From Sphingobacteriaceae bacterium (lineage in GTDB: Bacteria; Bacteroidota; Bacteroidia; Sphingobacteriales; Sphingobacteriaceae), in the NCBI GenBank assembly GCA_024645045.1, contig JAHEGO010000001.1:73600-137599 (forward strand): DNA of 64,000 bases, given 5' to 3'. This document shows, piece after piece, positions 57,150 to 64,000 of this stretch. A program made the translations under genes and the position numbers. The stretch's first letter is position 1, and every line of letters starts with the position of its first letter. The notes beneath the pieces are model-generated. The model was not told the origin of the DNA. It did not search any database and saw only the letters and a list, made by a program, of their open reading frames with translations.

Positions 57150-58323
57150 GTAATGTAATCCTAAAGGTGCTCCCTTTGCCTACAACAGATTCTTTTACGA
57201 CAATTTGTCCATTGTGGTAATTCTCAATAATTCGCCTAACGAGCGAAAGCCCAAGCCCCCAGCCTCTTTTGCGAGTAGTGTAGCCAGGTTCAAATACGGT
57301 TTCAAATTTTGATTTTGGAATTCCTGCTCCTGTATCTGCAATATCAATAAAGACCTTATTTTTTTGTTGAATAATATTCAATTTTATTGCGCCTTGAATT
57401 CCAATCGCGTTGATGGCATTGTTACATAAATTTTCTATTACCCAATCGAAAAGAGAATGGTTAATTTGTGCTGTTGCGTTTTTATCACCTGTAATTTCAA
57501 AGCTAATTTTTTCACTTGTTCTTTTTCTAATATAAGCAACATTCCTTTCCAACGTATCATAAACATTCTCTGATTTCAAAACAGGTACAGATCCTATTTT
57601 AGAAAATCGATCGGCAACAATTTCTAATTTCTTGATATCGTTTTCCATTTCCTCAACAATGCTTAAGTCTTGCGAAGAAATTTTATTTTTCAAATGTTCA
57701 ACCCAAGCAAGTAAAGATGAAATGGGTGTTCCAAGTTGATGTGCCGTTTCTTTAGCAAGTCCAACCCATACGCGGTTTTGCTCCGATTTTCGACTGGCGC
57801 TAAATGCAAGGTATGATACAAAAAGAAATACCGCAATTATGGCTAATTGAAAATAAGGATAAATTTTCAACTGCATTAAGATAGAAGAATCTTTATAATA
57901 TATAAATTGCTTTTCTCCAGGAATTACTTCATAAATAATTGGCTCATGTTGTTCTTTCATGATAGCTAATTGTTCTTGAAAATATTTTGGATCGTAGATT
58001 TTATTCGGCTCATTATTTGCATCAAAAGTTTTAGTAGAGTCTAAGCCCCTGCTATGCAAAACCACATCGTTGGAATCAGCGATAATGGTAGCCATGTCAT
58101 TGTTGTTAATGATGTTTTCAAAAAGAAATACAATGAATTCTCCGTCGGTCGCTTTGATGAGTTGCTTAGTTGCTTCAATTCGCAATTCGATTTTCTGCTT
58201 TTCTTCAACTTGCAATTTGCTAACTAATATGTTCGTATAGATCAAAGAAGAAAGCCCAATAATTGCTGCAAAGATGAGCAACATTATTTTTTTATTCTTT
58301 TTTTTGGTTTCTGGGCTATTCAT
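57142..58323 (-). CDS. sensor histidine kinase (two TM helices, periplasmic sensor, HisKA plus HATPase), no cognate regulator in the window
   Basis: H-box ETAHQLGTPISSL, N-box NLCNNAINA, G1 DTGAGIP and G2 GWGLGLS. Its stop overlaps the aminopeptidase ATG (ATGCTTAA). Confidence 0.85.
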   Translation of the reverse strand: MNSPETKKKNKKIMLLIFAAIIGLSSLIYTNILVSKLQVEEKQKIELRIEATKQLIKATDGEFIVFLFENIINNNDMATIIADSNDVVLHSRGLDSTKTFDANNEPNKIYDPKYFQEQLAIMKEQHEPIIYEVIPGEKQFIYYKDSSILMQLKIYPYFQLAIIAVFLFVSYLAFSASRKSEQNRVWVGLAKETAHQLGTPISSLLAWVEHLKNKISSQDLSIVEEMENDIKKLEIVADRFSKIGSVPVLKSENVYDTLERNVAYIRKRTSEKISFEITGDKNATAQINHSLFDWVIENLCNNAINAIGIQGAIKLNIIQQKNKVFIDIADTGAGIPKSKFETVFEPGYTTRKRGWGLGLSLVRRIIENYHNGQIVVKESVVGKGSTFRITLHA

Positions 58324-58436
58324 TGAACGAAAATACTAATTAATCGTCGTTCGATGTAAATTTTAAAGAAATCGCCTTTATGGCCATTTTGGGATTCAAA
58401 ATTGCCCTAAAAGCTATCTTTAGCATGCAAATTGCT

Positions 58437-58444
58437 TATATTTG
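58437..58444 (+). promoter_or_regulatory. candidate -7 promoter box (TATATTTG) for gltX
   Basis: Exact TAnnTTTG match ending 7 nt before the ATG at 58452. Confidence 0.5.
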
Positions 58445-58451
58445 TAAGCTT

Positions 58452-59987
58452 ATGGAAAGAAAAGTTCGCGTTCGATTTGCGCCTAGTCCTACTGGCCCAT
58501 TACACATGGGTGGAGTTCGTACTGCGCTTTATAATTATTTGTTTGCAAAAAAACACGGTGGTGACATGTTGCTTCGTATCGAAGACACCGATCAAACCAG
58601 GTATGTGCCAGGTGCTGAAAATTACATCATTGAATCTTTAGCATGGTGCGGAATTACTTTTGATGAAGGTGTGCATGTTGGAGGTCCGCACGCACCATAT
58701 CGTCAATCTGAAAGAAAAGAAATGTACAAGCAATATGCTTTACAATTAGTTGAAGCGGGTCATGCATATTATGCATTCGACACCATGGAAGAATTGGAAG
58801 CAATGCGCGAAAATTTAAAAGCAGCAAATGTTGCTTCTCCTCAATATAATTACATTACTCGCGAGGGAATGAAAAATTCACTCACCTTGCCTAGTGATGA
58901 AGTAGAACGCAGGTTAGCGGCCGGCGATGCTTATGTAATTAGGATGAAAATTCCTCGCAAAGAAGAAGTGCGTGTAGTAGATTTAATCAGGGGAAATGTG
59001 TTAGTGCAAACTTCACAAATGGATGATAAAGTTTTATTCAAATCTGATGGTATGCCAACTTATCATTTAGCCAATGTGGTGGATGATTATTTAATGAAAA
59101 TTACTCATGTAATTAGGGGAGAAGAGTGGTTGCCATCGGCGCCATTGCATGTTTTGTTGTATCGTTATTTAGGTTGGGAAGACGTAATGCCTCAGTTTGC
59201 ACATTTACCATTATTGCTAAAGCCAGATGGTAATGGAAAACTAAGTAAACGTGATGGAGACAGATTAGGATTCCCGGTTTTTCCTTTACAATGGAAAGAT
59301 CCTTTTACAGAAGAAATAAGTTCAGGTTACAGAGAAAACGGATACATTCCAGAAGCATTCATCAATATGCTTGCATTATTAGGTTGGAATCCAGGTACTA
59401 CGCAAGAAATCTTTAGTATGACCGAATTAATTGAAGCTTTCAGCATTGAAAGAATATCTAAATCAGGTGCTAAATTTGATGCTGCTAAAACTAAATGGTT
59501 TAATCAACAATACCTTCGTCAAACGCCGAGCGCTATCTTAGCCAAAACTTTTGCAGAAGAAATAAAATCAAAAGGATTTGATTTCGAAGAAACTTACATT
59601 CAATCTGTATGTGAATTGATTAAAGAAAAAGCCCAATTTCAAAATGAATTTTGGTCGCTATCTAGTTATTTCTTTGAGGAGCCTAGCGCTTTTGATCAAG
59701 ATTTAGTGAAGAAGAAATGGAAAGATGCGGTGCCTGCATTTATGCAATCATTACTAATTGATTTACAAAACACAAACAGTTTTGATGCGATAAATTTAGA
59801 GGCTACTTTCAAAGCTTGTGCAGAAAAAAATGGCATTGGCGCAGGCTCGGTCATGCAAATTTTTAGAATTGCAATATCTGGTCAAGCTGCTGGCCCTGCT
59901 ATATTTGAGCTAACAGCATTAATAGGGAAAGATAAAATTACCAATAGATTAAAATTGGCCATCGATCAATTTAACGCAATTGTTTAA
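58452..59987 (+). CDS. gltX: glutamate--tRNA ligase
   Basis: Class I motifs PSPTGPLHMGG (HIGH-type) and KLSKR (KMSKS-type). The start is set at MERKVRVRFAPSP; the track start at 58380 would lie upstream of the promoter box. Confidence 0.95.
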   Translation: MERKVRVRFAPSPTGPLHMGGVRTALYNYLFAKKHGGDMLLRIEDTDQTRYVPGAENYIIESLAWCGITFDEGVHVGGPHAPYRQSERKEMYKQYALQLVEAGHAYYAFDTMEELEAMRENLKAANVASPQYNYITREGMKNSLTLPSDEVERRLAAGDAYVIRMKIPRKEEVRVVDLIRGNVLVQTSQMDDKVLFKSDGMPTYHLANVVDDYLMKITHVIRGEEWLPSAPLHVLLYRYLGWEDVMPQFAHLPLLLKPDGNGKLSKRDGDRLGFPVFPLQWKDPFTEEISSGYRENGYIPEAFINMLALLGWNPGTTQEIFSMTELIEAFSIERISKSGAKFDAAKTKWFNQQYLRQTPSAILAKTFAEEIKSKGFDFEETYIQSVCELIKEKAQFQNEFWSLSSYFFEEPSAFDQDLVKKKWKDAVPAFMQSLLIDLQNTNSFDAINLEATFKACAEKNGIGAGSVMQIFRIAISGQAAGPAIFELTALIGKDKITNRLKLAIDQFNAIV

Positions 59988-60010
59988 TTATATTCAACTA
60001 ATCAAAAACC

Positions 60011-60418
60011 ATGAAAAGACCGATTAGAGTATTAGTAGCAAAATGTGGATTAGATGGGCATGATAGAGGTGCAAAAATTATCGCTACATCTTTGCGTGAT
60101 GCAGGGATGGAAGTGATTTATACGGGTTTAAGACAAACGCCCGAAATGATCGTCAATGCTGCATTGCAAGAAGATGTTGACGCAATTGGTGTAAGTATTT
60201 TAAGTGGCGCACACTTAACGGTATTTCCTAAAATTATCAATTTGATGAAAGAAAAAGGAATGAATGATGTGTTGCTTACGGGCGGTGGAATTATTCCAGA
60301 GCCAGATATGGAGCAATTGGCTCAAATGGGTGTAGGGCAATTGTTTGCGCCAGGTACATCTACTGCAAATATTGTAACATATATCACAGAATGGGTTGCA
60401 GCAAATAGAAATTTCTAA
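60011..60418 (+). CDS. stand-alone cobalamin-binding domain protein (methylmalonyl-CoA mutase C-terminal domain type)
   Basis: 135 aa with the B12-binding DxHxxG motif ([10 protein letters not shown]) and the segments SILSGAH and GGGIIP. Confidence 0.85.
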   Translation: MKRPIRVLVAKCGLDGHDRGAKIIATSLRDAGMEVIYTGLRQTPEMIVNAALQEDVDAIGVSILSGAHLTVFPKIINLMKEKGMNDVLLTGGGIIPEPDMEQLAQMGVGQLFAPGTSTANIVTYITEWVAANRNF

Positions 60419-60939
60419 TGAAAAAAATCATATACCTTATTTTAATTTTATTTGCATTTAATGCAAATGCGCAAATAACCAAAACTGGGTATAAAATATA
60501 TCAATGGGGTTCGAGTAAAAAGTCTATTCCTGTTTTATCAAAATGCAGTCAAACAAATGCAGGGGATAAATTCAGTAATTGCGAAATCAACAATAAGGAT
60601 TCAATTTTTTATGGAAACTTTCATTATGATTATTGCAACTTCAGGTTTTACCAAGAAGAGTTAGTGGAAGTGCATTTCGATTTAAGGTTTAGAGAATTAG
60701 GTTCAGTTATTGCAAAACTAAGCACCGATTTTGGCGAGCCTAAAATTTTAGAAAACGCAACTACACATGCCGATACTTTATCGACAACCTTAGGTTACGA
60801 ATGGTTGTTAGGAGACACTCGTTTGTTAATAATCAACAAAGGCGCAACTAGCCCAGTTTGGTGCATTCTAACCTCTCAATCATTTAAAAAAGCTTATAGA
60901 AAAAAAGTAATAGATATTGAAAAAATAATCTTCAACTAA
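60418..60939 (+). CDS. hypothetical secreted protein
   Basis: 173 aa with signal peptide LILFAFNANAQ and no recognised motif. It is TAATG-coupled at both ends. Confidence 0.5.
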   Translation: MKKIIYLILILFAFNANAQITKTGYKIYQWGSSKKSIPVLSKCSQTNAGDKFSNCEINNKDSIFYGNFHYDYCNFRFYQEELVEVHFDLRFRELGSVIAKLSTDFGEPKILENATTHADTLSTTLGYEWLLGDTRLLIINKGATSPVWCILTSQSFKKAYRKKVIDIEKIIFN

Positions 60940-61721
60940 TGCCATACGAAAACATTTTAACCGAAAACAAGAATGCTACATTGCATATTACGATTAACCG
61001 TGCAAGCAAATTAAATGCATTAAACAAAGTAACTTTGTCAGAATTAAATGCAGCATTTAAAGCTGCTTTTGCAGACGACGATGTGCGTGCAATTATTTTA
61101 ACTGGTGATGGATCAAAAGCATTTGTTGCTGGAGCAGACATCTCAGAGTTTGCAGATTTTTCCGTTGCACAAGGAGCGGCGTTGAGTAGTGAAGGACATG
61201 CAAGTGTTTTCGATTTAATTGAAAATAGCCCTAAGCCAGTTATTGCGGCCATCAATGGCTTTGCATTAGGCGGAGGTTTGGAGTTAGCGATGGCTTGTCA
61301 TATTAGGGTTGCATCTGAAACTGCAAAAATGGGTTTACCAGAAGTTGGTCTGGGCGTAATACCTGGTTACGGTGGAACACAGCGATTGCCTCAATTGGTC
61401 GGCAAGGGTAGGGCAATGGAAATGATTGTAACGGCAGATGTTATTAACGCTGCAGAAGCATATAGGATTGGCTTGGTTAATCATGTTGTGCCAGCAGAAG
61501 AATTAATTACTAAATGCGAAGAAATTATTTCAAAAGTGATTTCTAAATCACCTGTTGCAATTAGCTTTGCAATTCAATCTGTTAATGCTGGTTTTGTTGC
61601 AGGTGCAAATGGTTATGCTGCAGAAATTGAAAATTTTGGAGCTTGCTTTGGCACTAAAGATTTTAAAGAAGGAACAACTGCGTTTTTAGAAAAAAGAAAA
61701 GCGAATTTTTCGGGCAATTAA
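60939..61721 (+). CDS. enoyl-CoA hydratase/isomerase (crotonase) family protein
   Basis: 260 aa with the crotonase oxyanion-hole region [24 protein letters not shown] and the segment [11 protein letters not shown]. Confidence 0.9.
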   Translation: MPYENILTENKNATLHITINRASKLNALNKVTLSELNAAFKAAFADDDVRAIILTGDGSKAFVAGADISEFADFSVAQGAALSSEGHASVFDLIENSPKPVIAAINGFALGGGLELAMACHIRVASETAKMGLPEVGLGVIPGYGGTQRLPQLVGKGRAMEMIVTADVINAAEAYRIGLVNHVVPAEELITKCEEIISKVISKSPVAISFAIQSVNAGFVAGANGYAAEIENFGACFGTKDFKEGTTAFLEKRKANFSGN

Positions 61722-62644
61722 TTTTTGCTCAAAAAATCTGCATAAGCTAATCGGATTCCGTCTGCTAATGGTGTTTGGTATTTCCAGCCTAACGCGCTTA
61801 ATTTACTAACGTCCATTAGTTTTCTAGGTGTGCCATCAGGCTTGCTACTATCAAAAACAATCTCGCCTTCAAATCCTATTATTTCTTTAATTAATAATGC
61901 TAAGTCTTTGATGCTGATGTCATGTCCTACGCCAACATTTAAAAAGCCTGAATCGTTGTAATTTTGCATTAAAAAATAACAAGCATCTGCTAAATCATCC
62001 GCAAACAAAAATTCTCTAAGTGGAGTACCTGTGCCCCAAATTTCAACATGTGCAGATTGATTTAGTTTTGCTTCATGAAATTTTCTAATTAATGCAGGCA
62101 GTACGTGAGAATTTTGTGGATGGTAATTGTCGTTATAGCCATATAAATTTGTTGGCATCACAGAAATAAAGTTACAACCATATTGACTTCTATAAGCTTC
62201 ACACATTTTAATACCAGCTATTTTTGCAATAGCATAGGGCTCGTTAGTTTCTTCTAACAAACCGGTCAATAAACTTTCTTCTTTCAATGGTTGTGGAGCA
62301 AGCTTAGGATATATGCAAGACGAACCTAAGAACATTAATTTTTTTACTTGATGTAAGTGTGCTGCATGAATGATGTTGTTTTGAATTGCTAAATTTTCAT
62401 ATAAAAAATCTGCACGATAAGTATTGTTTGCAACAATACCACCAACCTTAGCTGCTGCTAGAAATACGTATTCAGGTTTTTCTAAATTAAAAAAAGTCTC
62501 AACCGCAGCTTGATTTCTTAAATCCAATTCTGAAGAGCTTTTGAATATCAAATTGCGATAACCTTCTTTAGTTAATTTTCTATGTATAGCCGAACCAACC
62601 ATTCCTCTATGTCCAGCAATATATATTTTAGCGTCTTTGTTCAT
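61718..62644 (-). CDS. fcl: GDP-L-fucose synthase
   Basis: 308 aa with the SDR Rossmann segment [13 protein letters not shown], the catalytic motif YAIAKIAG (YxxxK) and the typical segment MPTNLYG. Confidence 0.9.
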   Translation of the reverse strand: MNKDAKIYIAGHRGMVGSAIHRKLTKEGYRNLIFKSSSELDLRNQAAVETFFNLEKPEYVFLAAAKVGGIVANNTYRADFLYENLAIQNNIIHAAHLHQVKKLMFLGSSCIYPKLAPQPLKEESLLTGLLEETNEPYAIAKIAGIKMCEAYRSQYGCNFISVMPTNLYGYNDNYHPQNSHVLPALIRKFHEAKLNQSAHVEIWGTGTPLREFLFADDLADACYFLMQNYNDSGFLNVGVGHDISIKDLALLIKEIIGFEGEIVFDSSKPDGTPRKLMDVSKLSALGWKYQTPLADGIRLAYADFLSKN

Positions 62645-62668
62645 GTATGCTCTTTTTCAATCTGAAGT

Positions 62669-62676
62669 CAAAAATA
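62669..62676 (-). promoter_or_regulatory. candidate -7 promoter box (TATTTTTG on the minus strand) for fcl
   Basis: The plus strand reads CAAAAATA, 24 nt from the fcl ATG at 62644. Confidence 0.45.
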
Positions 62677-62763
62677 CATTTATCTTCTCAGAAATTATAA
62701 CCTTTTAAACGCAACTTTATAAAACGCGTTTTTTTTATAACCTTTGCTAAAATTACATTCAAA

Positions 62764-63420
62764 TTGGGAAAAGATAAACTAAAACGCTTCAAAGAAATTG
62801 CAGAATTTGCAAATGTATTTGAGCTAGAGCCTATACATAAAGGAGCTTGGGCAAAAAACTATTTTAAGAACGACCATCCAATTGTTTTGGAATTAGGTTG
62901 TGGTAGGGGGGAGTATACTGTTAATTTAGCTGAGCAATATCCTTCAAAGAATTTTATTGGAATTGATATAAAAGGAGCCAGAATATGGAGAGGTGCTAAA
63001 ACAGCTTTAGAAAACAAAATGCAAAATGTAGCATTTTTGCGAATTGAAATTGAAAGTATTTTAGCTCATTTTGATCCAGCAGAAATTGCAGAAATTTGGA
63101 TTACATTTCCAGATCCGCAACCGCAAATTAGCAGAGAAAGAAAGCGACTAACTTCGAATCGTTTTTTAGCGTATTATCAAACACTATTACAACCCAATGG
63201 TATTGTTCACTTGAAAACAGACAGCGATGCTTTGTATGAATACACTAAAGAACTTTTGCAATCGCAAGCCATTAAAATTATTGCAGATACAACTGATTTA
63301 TATCAAGATGAAATACTAGATGACTTATTGCGCATTCAAACAACCTATGAAAAAAAGTACCTTGCCTTGGGTAAAAATATTAATTACTTAAAGTTTTCAT
63401 TTGATGAAAGCAGATCATAA
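62764..63420 (+). CDS. trmB: tRNA (guanine46-N7)-methyltransferase
   Basis: SAM-binding motif LELGCGRGEY and the segment ITFPDPQPQ. The TTG start yields the family-typical N-terminus (M)GKDKLKRFKE. Confidence 0.9.
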   Translation: MGKDKLKRFKEIAEFANVFELEPIHKGAWAKNYFKNDHPIVLELGCGRGEYTVNLAEQYPSKNFIGIDIKGARIWRGAKTALENKMQNVAFLRIEIESILAHFDPAEIAEIWITFPDPQPQISRERKRLTSNRFLAYYQTLLQPNGIVHLKTDSDALYEYTKELLQSQAIKIIADTTDLYQDEILDDLLRIQTTYEKKYLALGKNINYLKFSFDESRS

Positions 63421-63739
63421 TTTTTTTGAAAGCGTGTATGCTGTTGTGCGTCAAATCCCAAAAGGGAGAGTTACCTCTTATGGAGCCATTGCAAATTATT
63501 TAAGTGTAAAGCAAGCATCTAGAATGGTAGGCTGGGCTATGAATGCATCTCATGCATTGCTTGATGTGCCTGCGCATCGGGTTGTTAATCGGAATGGACA
63601 GTTGACAGGTAAACATCATTTTCCTGGAGAAAACTTAATGGAAGAAATGTTGCAATCTGAAGGACATCAAATCATCAACGATCAAATAGTAGATTTTAAA
63701 AAAGTTTTTTGGGATCCAACTCAAGAATTACTTTCATAG
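63404..63739 (+). CDS. alkyltransferase-like (ATL) protein: MGMT-family DNA-binding domain lacking the acceptor Cys
   Basis: MGMT C-domain pattern (GRVTSYGAIANYL...MVGWAM). The active-site PCHR reads PAHR (CCT GCG CAT CGG at 63569-63580). The ATG at 63404 overlaps the trmB end by 17 nt. Confidence 0.8.
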   Translation: MKADHNFFESVYAVVRQIPKGRVTSYGAIANYLSVKQASRMVGWAMNASHALLDVPAHRVVNRNGQLTGKHHFPGENLMEEMLQSEGHQIINDQIVDFKKVFWDPTQELLS

Positions 63740-64000
63740 CAATGGCAATCTACTAAGTGGTCGTTTACCATTCCGGTTGCCTGCATGTGCGCGTAACAAA
63801 TAGTGGTGCCAAAAAATTTAAATCCTCTTTTCTTTAAATCTTTGCTTATTGCATCCGATTCTGGACTGCTTGCAGGAATGTCCTTGAGCGACTTTCTTTT
63901 GTTGACTATTCTTTTTTGATTGGGCATGAAGCTATATAAATAGGTATCAAAACTTCCAAACTCTTTTTGAATGGCTAAAAATATTTGAGCATTACTGATC
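63721..64000 (-). CDS. tag: DNA-3-methyladenine glycosylase I, C-terminal part (5' end lies right of the window)
   Basis: The minus-strand frame is open to the window edge (…ISNAQIFLAIQKEFGSFDTYLYSFMPNQ…), so the Met at 63927 is internal. The C-terminal segment FFGTTICYAHMQATGMVNDHLVDCHCY is Tag-like (Zn-snap Cys/His). Confidence 0.8.
   Translation of the reverse strand, partial: ISNAQIFLAIQKEFGSFDTYLYSFMPNQKRIVNKRKSLKDIPASSPESDAISKDLKKRGFKFFGTTICYAHMQATGMVNDHLVDCHCYESNS

Noticed and set aside
58380-58451. 24-codon N-terminal extension of gltX
   Set aside because: The extension would start upstream of the TATATTTG box (58437-58444) and adds a hydrophobic peptide not expected for GluRS. MERKVRVRFAPSP is the family-typical N-terminus.
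60932-61255. 107-aa minus-strand ORF opposite the crotonase gene
   Set aside because: Its A/S-rich translation is generated by the reverse complement of an Ala/Gly-rich coding region. The crotonase frame carries the family motifs.
1-64000. Scan for CRISPR arrays, IS elements, prophage or defence islands, rRNA and large ncRNAs
   Set aside because: I saw no regularly spaced direct repeats and no transposase, integrase, reverse transcriptase or nuclease-helicase type ORFs. The largest non-coding gap is 211 bp, which is the pst leader.

Overview
This is a visibly AT-rich, very gene-dense chromosomal segment with about 65 protein genes, one tRNA, and intergenic gaps mostly under 120 bp. I assign it to a Bacteroidota organism. 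The grounds are gldH, two cargo proteins with T9SS-type C-terminal sorting domains, recurrent TAnnTTTG -7 promoter boxes, and no Shine-Dalgarno-like tracts before starts.

The content looks like core housekeeping:
- 760-18251: one co-directional respiratory block. It holds alternative complex III (actABCDEF), an aa3-type cytochrome c oxidase, haem A and copper assembly genes, and unassigned tail genes.
- 18.3-31.5 kb: typA, murF, an ECF sigma module, gldH, a PSP1/RicT-like gene, holB, ruvX, def, an Fe-S carrier pair (NifU-like, Mrp) and a GT51 glycosyltransferase.
- 31.5-37.5 kb: a Pho-type locus (porin, pstSCAB, phoU) behind an array of phased TTAACA hexamers.
- 37.5-51 kb: comM/yifB, gmhA, a lipid kinase, dsbD, birA, rsfS, ftsH, lpxH, prfA, tRNA-Asp and nupC.
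- 51-64 kb: T9SS cargo genes, an orphan histidine kinase, gltX, a stand-alone B12-binding domain, a crotonase, fcl, trmB, and an alkyltransferase-like gene convergent with tag.

I saw no CRISPR array, transposase, integrase, phage gene, recognisable defence gene or rRNA. I could not identify a convincing wholly new multi-gene system.

The best leads are modest:
- the unassigned small genes at the tail of the respiratory block;
- the domain architecture of ActA;
- the Cys-rich RicT-like protein;
- the PstS-like insert in PstC;
- the phased Pho-box-like array;
- a 54-bp perfect palindrome;
- promoter boxes placed so close to several ATGs that the mRNAs would be leaderless.

All family assignments come from reading motifs and from memory. 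No searches were run.
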